This document shows positions 48,556-58,145 of a stretch of DNA of 64,000 bases, piece by piece (positions within the stretch are counted from its first letter, which is position 1; each line of letters opens with the position of its first letter). The stretch spans positions 42,130 to 106,129 of the forward strand of contig CAZJPE010000002.1 of the NCBI GenBank assembly GCA_964547875.1, written 5' to 3'. Below the pieces are notes generated by a model. The model had not been told where the DNA came from. It did no database searches and was given only the letters and a program-made list of their open reading frames with translations. Source of the stretch: Candidatus Woesearchaeota archaeon (GTDB lineage: Archaea > Nanobdellota > Nanobdellia > Pacearchaeales > GW2011-AR1). The translations under genes were made by a program, and so were the position numbers.

Positions 48556-50591
48556 AATCTATTCTTTGAAATCCAGCTCTTTACTCCCTCTGATTCAAAT
48601 CTTACCTCCATTACCTCTGGAGAGCCTGCATTCTTCAACGCCCTTGCCAAATCATTTCTTTTTTTAGGGGAATGGAAGAATAAAAGATAGCCTCCATCTC
48701 CTGCTCCGAGAAGTCTCCCTCCATATGCGCCATTCTTTAATGCGCATTCGTATAATTTGTCCACGAAAGAATTTGAGATATTGTCGCTTAATTTTTTCTT
48801 GATTTCCCACGTTTCGCTCATTATTCTTCCAAATAATTCCAGCCTGCTGGTTAATAAGGCTTCTTTTATCTCCTCACTAAGTTCTTTCAAGCGAAATAGA
48901 GATTTTGTTTTTTCTGATTCGTCTTTCATGAAAAACGCCTCCTGCCTTTTATGAATATCTCCAGAATTGTGCGTGCGCCCTATATAACAAAGGAGCAGAT
49001 GATTCTCAAGCTCGTCAATTACTTCTTGCTTTAATTTCAATGGATAAACCAATGATTTGTCTTTTTCAAATTCTATGTAATTAAATCCTCCAACTGCAGA
49101 CGCATACTGATCCTGCCAGCCCCCTTTAATCTTCAGTTCTTCTCTTTCAACCTTATAAGCTAATTTTGCAATAGTATAATCGTCATGCTTATAATCCATT
49201 AACTGATCCAGCAGGCTTATTATCAGCACTGACAAGCTTGCTGACGAGCCTAATCCTCTTCCAGGAGGCACGTCACTTGCTACATATAATTCCAAGCCGA
49301 ATTCAGGATTCATTAGTTTTATTGCTGCCTTAATTAAGTCAAGCCTGCCGTCATAAACAAGCTCTTTAACAGAATTGGCAAGTATAATCCCTCCAAATTC
49401 CGAGTCAATAATTATTTTTTTATCTGCTCTTTTTATCAAGGTTGCGCTACAATATTTTTTAATTGTAGAATTTATGACACATCCCCCATATTTTTCAAAA
49501 AAATAAGGAATATCTGTTCCGCCGCCAGCGAAACTTATTCTTAATGGCACCCTGCCTCTTACAACAGGGAATTTTTCAGTTGTTATTTTCTCAATTCTAA
49601 ACTGCACATCCTTGACTCTCCCTTCATTATCTATAATTGGAAGATGATTGATGCCTGAAAATAATAATTCAGATATTCTTTCTTTTGTATCGTCGTGCTT
49701 TCCTGTAATTGGATCTCTGATCATGATAGATTTAACATCATCATCTATTTTTCCATTTCTTAAGATATGCTCCTTAATTATCCTATCATTGATAATGCCA
49801 ACGAGCTTTTCATTTTTATCTACAACCAAACCTAAATCTATTCCTGTTTTAGATATTTTCCTCATTATATCGCTTATTTTATTATGCTCTCTTACAAAAA
49901 GCCCTTTTATAATTCCCTCTTTAAATTCTTTGTAAGTTTCTGGCAAACCTATGTCAATAAAATAGCCTTCGTTTTTAAAGCACCATAATAAACCTTCTTT
50001 TGATAATTTGGGAAATATTTCCTTTTCCAAAGAGACATTTTTTTCAGGCTCTATATAATCAAAAATAATTGGCTCAAATAAATATGCTCCAACATTTATC
50101 AATCCCTTATTATTTTCTGCGCCTTTTTCTAAAAAGTCCAAAATTCTATCTCCGCTAATAGAAATTCTTCCGCCTCTGGAAGTATCTAGTACTTCTGTTG
50201 CCGCAATTGAGAACTTGCTTTTCTTTGTTTTATGAAATTCCAAAAATTTTTTTAAATCAATCTCAAAGTATGAATCTCCGTTTAATACCAAGAAGGTATC
50301 GTCAATATACCTCTCGGCTTTTTTTACTGCGCCTGCTGTTCCAAGAGGCACCTCTTCTTCAGAATATGTTATATTAACTCCCCATCTCTTTCCTTGACCA
50401 AAATAAGATTTTATTTTATCAGCCATATGGTGAACTGCGAGTATTAGTTCTTCTATACCCTGCTCTTTCAAAAATCTTATTTGATACTCTAAGAATGGCT
50501 TGCCTGCAATAGGAGCCATTGGCTTTGGCAAATCTGTGACTTCGGATCTTAAACGCGTTCCAAACCCGCCAGCTAGGATAACTGCCTTCAT
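48552..50591 (-). CDS. Fusion of heptose-1-P guanylyltransferase (HddC-like), a CBS pair and heptose-7-P kinase (HddA-like GHMP)
   Basis: LAGGFGTRL/PKPM/LGTAGA/NGDS N-terminus; CBS pair (VVDKNEKLVGII, HLPIID); PLRISFAGGGTD, PPGRGLGSS, GWQDQY, GAGDGG in the C-terminal kinase. Confidence 0.9.
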   Translation of the reverse strand: MKAVILAGGFGTRLRSEVTDLPKPMAPIAGKPFLEYQIRFLKEQGIEELILAVHHMADKIKSYFGQGKRWGVNITYSEEEVPLGTAGAVKKAERYIDDTFLVLNGDSYFEIDLKKFLEFHKTKKSKFSIAATEVLDTSRGGRISISGDRILDFLEKGAENNKGLINVGAYLFEPIIFDYIEPEKNVSLEKEIFPKLSKEGLLWCFKNEGYFIDIGLPETYKEFKEGIIKGLFVREHNKISDIMRKISKTGIDLGLVVDKNEKLVGIINDRIIKEHILRNGKIDDDVKSIMIRDPITGKHDDTKERISELLFSGINHLPIIDNEGRVKDVQFRIEKITTEKFPVVRGRVPLRISFAGGGTDIPYFFEKYGGCVINSTIKKYCSATLIKRADKKIIIDSEFGGIILANSVKELVYDGRLDLIKAAIKLMNPEFGLELYVASDVPPGRGLGSSASLSVLIISLLDQLMDYKHDDYTIAKLAYKVEREELKIKGGWQDQYASAVGGFNYIEFEKDKSLVYPLKLKQEVIDELENHLLLCYIGRTHNSGDIHKRQEAFFMKDESEKTKSLFRLKELSEEIKEALLTSRLELFGRIMSETWEIKKKLSDNISNSFVDKLYECALKNGAYGGRLLGAGDGGYLLFFHSPKKRNDLARALKNAGSPEVMEVRFESEGVKSWISKNRF

Positions 50592-50662
50592 TTTTACTCT
50601 TTTTTGCTCCTCATTTTATAAAGCCGTATCTGGATAATATATAAACATTATGAGAAAATAGT

Positions 50663-51250
50663 CTATACTTTATTCTTTAAGATTATATTTGCAACTGCGT
50701 CGTAAAGATCTGATGCATGAAACGATGGCTCTATATCAATTAGATTTTCATTGCCTTTGCCCCCATATCCTGTTTTCACAAGAATTGTTTTGCACCCTGC
50801 AGACTTACCTGCATAAATATCACTCATTTTATCTCCAATGATATAACATCCAGATAAATCTTTTATGTTAAAATCTTTTTGCGCTTGCAGAATCATTCCT
50901 GGTTTTGGCTTCCTGCATTCACATTCTTTAGTGTAGATTGGATTATTTCCCTTGGGATGATGGGGGCAAAAATATATTTTATCCAATTTCGCTCCTTTTT
51001 CGTTTAACAATTCTCTCATGTAATTATTTAAATTCTCCACGTCATTTTGTGTGCAAATTCCTTTTGCTATAGCGGATTGATTCGAGATAATTATTATTCT
51101 ATAATTATTTTTGTTTAATAATTTTATTGCGTCTATTGTTTTATCAATCAGCTTAAAATCTTCCCTTCTATGAAGATGAATCCTTTCTTCGCAAATAACG
51201 CCATCTCTATCAAGAAAAACTACTTTCTCCATTATTATTGCTTTTGTCAT
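50663..51250 (-). CDS. gmhB: D-glycero-D-manno-heptose 1,7-bisphosphate phosphatase
   Basis: FLDRDGVI, SNQS, CPHHP...CECRKPKPGM, IGDKMSD motifs. Confidence 0.92.
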   Translation of the reverse strand: MTKAIIMEKVVFLDRDGVICEERIHLHRREDFKLIDKTIDAIKLLNKNNYRIIIISNQSAIAKGICTQNDVENLNNYMRELLNEKGAKLDKIYFCPHHPKGNNPIYTKECECRKPKPGMILQAQKDFNIKDLSGCYIIGDKMSDIYAGKSAGCKTILVKTGYGGKGNENLIDIEPSFHASDLYDAVANIILKNKV

Positions 51251-51324
51251 GAAAAACGAGCATTATATTAAACTTTTCTATAAATCACCGATTTATTTAT
51301 AAACATATTTCTGAAATAATTAAA

Positions 51325-52302
51325 ATGGCAAAATCTATGATAACTGGGATTGGTGGGTTTGTTGCTTCGCATTTGGCGAATTATTTGGTTGGGAAGAACG
51401 AAGAGGTTTATGGAACTTATCGCTGGACAGAAGACCTTTCAAGAATAGATAAAATAAAAGATAAAATAAAAATGATTCCTGCTGACTTATTAGATTTAAG
51501 CAGTTTAATAAGGGCAATTGCAGACAATTATCCAGATTATATTTTTCATTTGGCTGCACAGAGTTATGTTCCAGATTCATTTACAAATCCGATTGTAACT
51601 GTTGAAACTAATACTATAGGAACAATAAATCTGCTGGAAGCTATTAGAATAATAAAAGATTACATAAACAAAGACTATGATCCTGTGATTCACTTGTGCT
51701 CTAGCTCTGAATTCTATGGAAGAGTTGACGAGCAGGAAATTCCGATAACAGAAAAACATCCAATGAGGCCTGGAAATCAATATGCTATTGGTAAGATAGG
51801 GGCTGATGCTGCTGGATATTTTTACTATAAGTATTATGGCTTGAAAGTCATTAGAACGCGCATGTTCACACATACTGGCTATGGAAGGACAATGATGTCT
51901 GCAGAATGCAATTTTGCAAAACAAATTGCATTAATTGAAAAAGGCAAGCAAGAGCCTGTTATAAATCACGGGAATTTGAACTCTGTCAGAACCTGGGCTG
52001 ATGTAAGAGATGCTGTGAGAGCATATTATATTTTAGTTAGGAAAGGAAAACCTGGAGAAGTTTATAACATAGGCGGAAATACTGTAAAAACCATTGGCGA
52101 GGCTCTTGATTATTTAATCTCATTAAGTCCTATGAAAGACAAGATAAAAAAAGAGCTGGATACTAAGCTTGTGAGAAAAATGGATGTAAACTTGCAGATA
52201 GTAGACATATCAAAGTTCCAAAATGAAACAGGCTGGACTCCGGAAATTCCTTTTGAAGAAACTTTATCAGAAGTCTTGAGATATTGGAGAGAGCACGTTT
52301 AA
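51325..52302 (+). CDS. gmd: GDP-mannose/GDP-heptose 4,6-dehydratase family SDR
   Basis: TGIGGFVA, HLAAQSYV, SSSEFYG, YAIGK, GNLNSVR...DVRD motifs. Confidence 0.85.
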   Translation: MAKSMITGIGGFVASHLANYLVGKNEEVYGTYRWTEDLSRIDKIKDKIKMIPADLLDLSSLIRAIADNYPDYIFHLAAQSYVPDSFTNPIVTVETNTIGTINLLEAIRIIKDYINKDYDPVIHLCSSSEFYGRVDEQEIPITEKHPMRPGNQYAIGKIGADAAGYFYYKYYGLKVIRTRMFTHTGYGRTMMSAECNFAKQIALIEKGKQEPVINHGNLNSVRTWADVRDAVRAYYILVRKGKPGEVYNIGGNTVKTIGEALDYLISLSPMKDKIKKELDTKLVRKMDVNLQIVDISKFQNETGWTPEIPFEETLSEVLRYWREHV

Positions 52303-52304
52303 TC

Positions 52305-52673
52305 TTATAGATAATATTTTAAATTATTTTTTTCTTCATTAACAAACTTTTCTTCCGTTACTCCAAGGATAATCGTGCCTTTCTTTGCATAAGCTTTATG
52401 ATATATTCGCGGAGGGATTCTTATTCTATCGCCTGGAGATAAAATAACGCTTTGTCTTTCTTCAGTATCTATGTTTGTTAATTCATACCTTAATTCTCCT
52501 CTGAACACATACCAAATCTCTCCATATTCATGAAAATGGCCTCCTAAAAGACAATCTGTTTTTGTTTCTAGTGTTAATAATTGGCGAGCAGTAAAATCTC
52601 CATTAAAAATCTGTCTTAAAGTTCTTCTCTCATCATCATGACCTTCTCTAACCTTTTCAGATTGTGTTATCAT
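52305..52673 (-). CDS. Small cupin protein (sugar epimerase/isomerase-like)
   Basis: DERR, LGGHFH, E.WYV..G, IPPRIYH motifs. Confidence 0.8.
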   Translation of the reverse strand: MITQSEKVREGHDDERRTLRQIFNGDFTARQLLTLETKTDCLLGGHFHEYGEIWYVFRGELRYELTNIDTEERQSVILSPGDRIRIPPRIYHKAYAKKGTIILGVTEEKFVNEEKNNLKYYL

Positions 52674-53044
52674 TTTATCTCAAATTTTAAATCGTCTATT
52701 TCTGGAGAGGTATATTTCTCTTCATTTCCCTCAATCATAATATTTCCTGCTTTTTGCAATGCTTTGTGCGCAATATTCCTATCAATTATTATCATGTCTC
52801 CTTCTTGAACTTTCTTGTCAATTCTTTCTCCAGTAGATATATTAACAAACGTATAATCTGCGTCTCCTTTCATCAGATAAAAAAATTGCCTGTAAGGATG
52901 ATAATGGTTTCCAAGAACAGCGTCTTCCTTAATTTTAAGCAATTTAACTTGTTTTGCTGTGAATCCTCCGTTAAATATCTCTATGAGCGCTCTTCTGTTA
53001 TCTTCATGAACTGGTTTAATCTTTGTATGATATAGGCCTTTCAT
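52670..53044 (-). CDS. Small cupin protein (sugar epimerase/isomerase-like)
   Basis: HEDNRR, LGNHYH, IAH motifs; paralog of the neighbouring gene. Confidence 0.8.
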   Translation of the reverse strand: MKGLYHTKIKPVHEDNRRALIEIFNGGFTAKQVKLLKIKEDAVLGNHYHPYRQFFYLMKGDADYTFVNISTGERIDKKVQEGDMIIIDRNIAHKALQKAGNIMIEGNEEKYTSPEIDDLKFEIK

Positions 53045-53159
53045 ATTGTTATTTTGATTTTATTTTTTAATCAAGTAAAACTTTATAAAATTATGTGAGA
53101 TGACATGTTTTCCACAAAAAACGGAAATATATAAAAAGTTATTTTATAGACTTTAGAAC

Positions 53160-54266
53160 ATGAAAAAAACAACTGTTGAGAAAAAAATTAATATTATATT
53201 CACAGGCCTATTTAGACAACAAGAATTGCTTAAGAAATCAATTGCCAATTTTATTAAGTTGCGAAAAGACAATCTTGTAGATAAGATAATTGTATCAACT
53301 TGGGACTACGAAGTCAAGAAAAATCCAAAAATGACTGATTTCTTAAAAAATAATGAGGTGATTGTTCTTGGCAGCAAAGAACCGAAAAAACGCGGTTTTG
53401 GAAATATAAACTGCCAGATGAAAGCGCTGGAAGCTGGACTTAGAGAGGTGAATAAAAAAAGCTTTGTATTAAAGACGAGAACAGACATATATATTGATCC
53501 ATTATTTTTAAAGGGATTATTCAAAAATAAAGAGAGAATATTGAGAATAAAATTAAATCTTCCCGACAATGTTTTTAGATACAAATTCTGGATTCCTTAT
53601 TTTGAGATAACAAAGCCGTTTTACTTAAGCGACGAGGCTTATTTTGGATATTATGAAGATCATAAAAAATTAATAAATTATAAACCTTATCACGATAGTT
53701 ATAATTTGCAGTCAGGGACTATTCACATGCAAAGGTGGTTTGAGCCGTTTTTATCAAAATATCCTGTTCTTAAGGACTTTATTGAGAATCATCCTCATGT
53801 TGGCTACCCTAAAGAAAATTTATTTTATAAAATTATTAAGAAAATTGCAAAACAAAACAGATTGACATTTAATTTGTTGAATTCTGTTACTGTCAGAAAC
53901 AGATTTAGGGTGCTAAAAAAACGCTTAGAGGATGAGAGATATGTTAATGTCCTTGCAGCCTATTATTCAATTTTATACAGCCATTTTTATATTAATGCAA
54001 AACCAGTAGACTATGCAATTAATAAGGAGGGTATTTTCAAAAGGGGCTCCCCATTTAATCCCAAAGTTAACAATCTAGATTTAATAAAAAATTATGTTAT
54101 GGAAAATGCAACTGGAAAAAGGCAGGGGCAGATTTACGCGTATAACGATGAGTTTCTTAAAAATATCTTTAATGGTAAGATAATAAAAGACGACTTTTCA
54201 ACAAGTTTGTTGGTTTCTATAGATAAGTTTTTTAATAGAAATCTTTTGGAGAAAAGAGTTAAATAA
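53160..54266 (+). CDS. WavE-like polysaccharide biosynthesis protein
   Basis: IIVSTW, NINCQ...GL, VLKTRTD, FYLSD motifs reminiscent of WavE. Confidence 0.6.
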   Translation: MKKTTVEKKINIIFTGLFRQQELLKKSIANFIKLRKDNLVDKIIVSTWDYEVKKNPKMTDFLKNNEVIVLGSKEPKKRGFGNINCQMKALEAGLREVNKKSFVLKTRTDIYIDPLFLKGLFKNKERILRIKLNLPDNVFRYKFWIPYFEITKPFYLSDEAYFGYYEDHKKLINYKPYHDSYNLQSGTIHMQRWFEPFLSKYPVLKDFIENHPHVGYPKENLFYKIIKKIAKQNRLTFNLLNSVTVRNRFRVLKKRLEDERYVNVLAAYYSILYSHFYINAKPVDYAINKEGIFKRGSPFNPKVNNLDLIKNYVMENATGKRQGQIYAYNDEFLKNIFNGKIIKDDFSTSLLVSIDKFFNRNLLEKRVK

Positions 54267-54298
54267 AAGTTTATAAATTGGACATTTTATATAAAAAT

Positions 54299-55090
54299 AT
54301 GGATGGGAAAACTATTAAATGCGTCTCTATTGCTGAAAAACCGAGCTGTTTTGGAATTGAATTTCATAATAAAGGATATGAATTTTTTGGCTTAAATTAT
54401 GTTTATATTCCGCTTAAAGTAACCTCTAACAATCTTGAATCTACTATTCAACTTGTGAGGGAAAATTTCAAGGGATGCGGTGTTTCTATGCCTTATAAAA
54501 TAGAGGTTATAAAATACCTTGATGAGCTTGACGAATCTGCGGAAAAAGTTGGAGCTGTCAATACTATACTTAATAATGGACGATTAAAGGGATTTAATAC
54601 TGATTATTACGGGGCAAGAAGCGCGTTAAAAAATACACTAGAAATTGAAGGAAAAGATATTTTAATGATAGGGGCAGGAGGGGCTGCTCGTGCAATTGGA
54701 CATGCTGTAAAGGACTTGGATGGAAGGCTGTGGATTACAAACAGAACAGAGGCGAGGGCAAATGAATTGGCTTATATTTTGCGGGCTAAAACAATTCAAT
54801 GGCAAGAACGTAATTCATTTAATGCTTATTTGCTAATTAATGCCACAAGCATTGGCTTTAATAATATAAATGAATCTCCATTATTGAATGAATCTATTTC
54901 AAATTATGAGGCAGTGATGGATATTGTGCTTACAAGCGATGCTCAAAAAACCAGATTAATAAGAGAAGCAGAATCAAAGATGAAGATTGTAATTCCTGGA
55001 AGGACTATGACGATTTATCAGGCTGCAAAGCAATTTTATATCTATACGGAAAAGAAACTTCCAGAAGAATTTTTAAATAAATTTATATAG
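54299..55090 (+). CDS. Shikimate dehydrogenase family protein (SdhL-like subgroup)
   Basis: CVSIAEKPSCFGIEFHN, VSMPYK, AVNT, NTD, GAGGAA, NRT, NATS motifs; start at ATG 54299 (TTTATAAA at -29). Confidence 0.88.
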   Translation: MDGKTIKCVSIAEKPSCFGIEFHNKGYEFFGLNYVYIPLKVTSNNLESTIQLVRENFKGCGVSMPYKIEVIKYLDELDESAEKVGAVNTILNNGRLKGFNTDYYGARSALKNTLEIEGKDILMIGAGGAARAIGHAVKDLDGRLWITNRTEARANELAYILRAKTIQWQERNSFNAYLLINATSIGFNNINESPLLNESISNYEAVMDIVLTSDAQKTRLIREAESKMKIVIPGRTMTIYQAAKQFYIYTEKKLPEEFLNKFI

Positions 55091-55109
55091 ATTTATGCAG
55101 GAGAATTTT

Positions 55110-55805
55110 ATGGATTATAAAGTGTGTATTTTGGCTGCGGGAATAGGGAGTAGAATGCTTGAATTTACAAAAACCTTTAATAAGGTTTTACTTCCTATTC
55201 AAGGAAAGCCTGTTATTTGCCATATAATTGAAAAATTTCCTGAAAATATTGGGATTATTATAGCTGTTGGATACAAAAAAGAAGGAGTTATTGATTATTT
55301 GAAAACTGCTTATCCAAATAGAAAATTTAATTTTGTAAACGTGGGCAAATACGAAGGTGTTGGAACTGGCCCTGGATATTCTTTACTAAAATGCAAAGAA
55401 TATTTACAATGCCCATTTATTCAGTTTGCCGGGGATACATTAGTAAGGGAAGAAATTCCTTTCCCTAACAAAAACTGGTTTGGCGTTGCAGACGTTAAAA
55501 ATACTGAGAGATTTTGCTCTGTAAAGATTATGGGCGATAAAATAATAAGAATTGACGATAAAATAAAGAATGATAATAAACATGCTTTTATTGGCTTAGC
55601 TGGAATAAAGGATTATGACATTTTTTGGAGCGCATTGGAGAAAGATAAAAAATTTATTGCAGAGGAGTTACAAGTTTCTAATGGGTTTAGAGAACTGATA
55701 AATAAGGATTTACACTCTAAAAGATTTACATGGTTTGACACTGGAACATGGGAAGCTTATGATTATACGATAAAAAATTATCCAGATGGAGAATCTTATT
55801 CTTAG
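55110..55805 (+). CDS. NTP-transferase family nucleotidyltransferase (LicC-like)
   Basis: ILAAGIGSR, NKVLLP, GTGPGYSL, GDT, WFDTG motifs. Confidence 0.85.
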   Translation: MDYKVCILAAGIGSRMLEFTKTFNKVLLPIQGKPVICHIIEKFPENIGIIIAVGYKKEGVIDYLKTAYPNRKFNFVNVGKYEGVGTGPGYSLLKCKEYLQCPFIQFAGDTLVREEIPFPNKNWFGVADVKNTERFCSVKIMGDKIIRIDDKIKNDNKHAFIGLAGIKDYDIFWSALEKDKKFIAEELQVSNGFRELINKDLHSKRFTWFDTGTWEAYDYTIKNYPDGESYS

Positions 55806-55859
55806 AGATTAAAGCATAAAAATATTTATAAACAATAATTGTAAATTTAATTAAATAAA

Positions 55860-56336
55860 ATGATAAAAAATTTTGTTTTGGACGTTGATGGCGTTATGAC
55901 GACAGGGCATTTTATTTATTCGGCAGAAGGAAAAGCGCTTAAGATTTTCGGACCTCATGACGCAGATGGATTGAAATTGCTCAAAGACAAATTGAACGTA
56001 TCTTTCATAACTGCTGACAAAAAAGGATTTGCCATATCAAAGAAGAGAATAGAAGACTTAGGTTTTCAAATTGAACTCATTTCTGAGCAAGACAGATATA
56101 ATTATGTCAAGGAAAAATTCGGATTTGAAAATACTGCATTCATGGGCGATGGAATCTTTGACGCTCAATTAATCAAGGATTGCAAATTTGGTATAGCTCC
56201 TGCAAATGCCAGGCCAGAGGCGAGAGAAGCAGCAGATTTTATTACGCCATCAAAATCTGCCGAAGGAGCAGTGTGCGATGCGTGCTTGGAGATAAAAAAG
56301 AGATTTTTAGATAAAGCAGAAGACAATAATGCTTAA
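55860..56336 (+). CDS. KdsC/YrbI-family HAD phosphatase
   Basis: LDVDGVMT, K.F..HD..G, FMGDGIFD, EGAV motifs. Confidence 0.85.
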   Translation: MIKNFVLDVDGVMTTGHFIYSAEGKALKIFGPHDADGLKLLKDKLNVSFITADKKGFAISKKRIEDLGFQIELISEQDRYNYVKEKFGFENTAFMGDGIFDAQLIKDCKFGIAPANARPEAREAADFITPSKSAEGAVCDACLEIKKRFLDKAEDNNA

Positions 56337-56360
56337 ATATACAAAATAATGATTCTCGCA

Positions 56361-57149
56361 ATGGAATTATCCTTAATAGACAAGACTGAAAGATATAGGT
56401 TTGAAAAAATAGAAAGAAATCCTGATTATTTCCATGAAAGAAAGGAATTTTCCACAGTAGATGAAATAAGAACTTTATTTTTGCATTATGGAAGTCTAGG
56501 AATTAATGTTGAATCAAATGGAAAGAAAAATATGTATGCTTTAAAAGCGGGCGAAGGTTTTATATTTGGACCGAATTTAAGATATAACTTATCCTGCGAT
56601 TCTAGGATTTTTGCAGTGCAATCTAGCTCTCAAATTGCAGAAGGTAAAATAATTGAGATTTTAGACAAAGGAGATGAAAAAGAGGAATCTGAATTGGGCC
56701 CGTTTAAGCTGGTTAGAAATCCAAAAAGAGTGAATAAACCTTGGGGGCATGAATTATGGATCAGCTGGTTTAGAGACTATCATGTTTTAAAGCAGATAGG
56801 CATGAAGGCAGGAAATATGTCAAGTTTGCAGCTACACGGACGCAAATTAGAAACTAATTATCTAGTTAAAGGGGAGGCAGACGTTATAGATGGCTATCCT
56901 ATGGATTTGAGCTTGAGCGAGGACGAGATGAAAAATAAAATAGGCGATGTTGATTTGTCTGAATATACTAACAGGAAAAAAGCAGGAATGCATTGGACTT
57001 CTCGTCCAGGAATTGTGCATAGAGTAATTTCTGTTGCAGATTATATTGCTTATGAGACATCAACGCCTGAATTAGATGATGTTATAAGACTTAGTGATGT
57101 TTCTGGAAGGCAGTCTGGAAGGATAGACTCAGAGCATAAATTGTCTTAG
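56361..57149 (+). CDS. Cupin protein (two cupin-like domains; C-terminal type II MPI-like)
   Basis: KPWGHE, SLQLH..KLET, PGIVHR, ETSTPELDDVIRLSD motifs; ATG 56361 has CTTAAATA at -29. Confidence 0.8.
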   Translation: MELSLIDKTERYRFEKIERNPDYFHERKEFSTVDEIRTLFLHYGSLGINVESNGKKNMYALKAGEGFIFGPNLRYNLSCDSRIFAVQSSSQIAEGKIIEILDKGDEKEESELGPFKLVRNPKRVNKPWGHELWISWFRDYHVLKQIGMKAGNMSSLQLHGRKLETNYLVKGEADVIDGYPMDLSLSEDEMKNKIGDVDLSEYTNRKKAGMHWTSRPGIVHRVISVADYIAYETSTPELDDVIRLSDVSGRQSGRIDSEHKLS

Positions 57150-57173
57150 AAGAATACCATATAGGTAGAATGA

Positions 57174-57283
57174 TAACGTATGACATTTACAGAAGTCGCT
57201 CACCAAAATTGAAATTATAAAATAAGTGAGCGATTTGGGCTGAGGACTTGCAAAGTCCGAACCTGTAAATGTCTGTTAAGTGA
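57174..57283. repeat. attC-like long imperfect hairpin
   Basis: TAAC(57174)...GTTA(57275); GACATTTACAG (57182-92) pairs with CTGTAAATGTC (57263-73); TCGCTCAC (57196-203) pairs with GTGAGCGA (57226-33); side hairpin GGACTT-gca-AAGTCC; ends in GTTAAGT (GTTRRRY). Confidence 0.7.
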
Positions 57284-57409
57284 TGTTTTCGTAAGAAAAA
57301 GTGCAATGTCACAAGCGAAGCGCAGAGTGCCTGCAACTATTATTTTCATGGGTCGGCTCGCCCTTTTTATCAAAGAAAAGTTTAAAAGGTATCTTCTATA
57401 GGGAAAAAT

Positions 57410-57665
57410 ATGAAAAACGAAATATTACGTGGAGAATATAGAGAACCTTGGGTATTATAGTTATAATCATAAAATAGTTGATCCTGACTACCTTAAGATA
57501 AAGCAAAGAGGTATAAATGGAGAGATTGGTAAGCATCCTGATTTTAATTTTAAAAAATTTACCAAAAATCAACATAAAATGATTGAAGAAATTTTAAGAG
57601 AAATGCCAATAAGTCTGCAAGCAAAAGAGGTTGAAACTGGAAAAAGAAAGAGAAATGCAAGATAA
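57410..57665 (+). pseudogene. Hypothetical small gene, probably frameshifted near its 5' end
   Basis: TTTAAAAG at -29 points to ATG 57410, whose frame stops after 16 codons; the long frame (57429-57665) is shifted by +1. Confidence 0.35.
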
Positions 57666-57843
57666 ACCAGTAGGATATGGAGAATCTTTTATTGTTAATG
57701 ATAGAACTTTTATTAACCCATATGGGAATGAAGTAGAAGTGTACTATCTAATGCTTAGTAGAAAAAGCTCCTTAGGAAATGATGTATTCAGAACTATTGA
57801 ATTGCATCTTGGTGTGCCACGCTCAGATTTTTTTGACTTCTAA
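57655..57843 (+). CDS. Small hypothetical protein
   Basis: ATG 57655 (MQDKPVGYGES...) overlaps the previous stop; ORF-track frame 57631-57843. Confidence 0.4.
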   Translation: MQDKPVGYGESFIVNDRTFINPYGNEVEVYYLMLSRKSSLGNDVFRTIELHLGVPRSDFFDF

Positions 57844-57884
57844 ATCACCAGAAACCTTAAATACTTACATTTCTTACAAGTAAT

Positions 57885-58145
57885 ATGCGAGAAGAAATAA
57901 GGGAAATAAGAACTGTGAAAATAACAAGAAAGGGACAGATAAGTATTCCCTCAGCGGTCAGAGCGAGAGCTGGTTTTGAAGAAGGCGCAAAGGTTAATGT
58001 TATTGCCTACGATGATAGAGTTGAATTAAGACCTATGAAAAAAGAAAAAATTAGTGAAGCTATGATGTGCTATATAATGTCAGAAGAAGCTTTAGCAAAA
58101 AATTGGGATACTCCAGAAGAGGATGAAGCATGGAAAGACTTGTGA
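57885..58145 (+). CDS. AbrB/MazE-type antitoxin
   Basis: VKITRKGQISIPSAVR AbrB fold; acidic C-terminus SEEALAKNWDTPEEDEAWKDL. Confidence 0.88.
   Translation: MREEIREIRTVKITRKGQISIPSAVRARAGFEEGAKVNVIAYDDRVELRPMKKEKISEAMMCYIMSEEALAKNWDTPEEDEAWKDL

Noticed and set aside
55860..56336. Kdo/LPS biosynthesis implied by KdsC-like, WavE-like and GT9 genes
   Set aside because: No KdsA, KdsB, KdsD or lipid A genes; the host markers are archaeal
57237..57263. CTGA-GGACT...AGTCC-GAA resembles a hammerhead ribozyme core
   Set aside because: The CUGANGA and GAAA core is incomplete and no stem I/III with a cleavage triplet is evident; it fits better as a side arm of the larger hairpin
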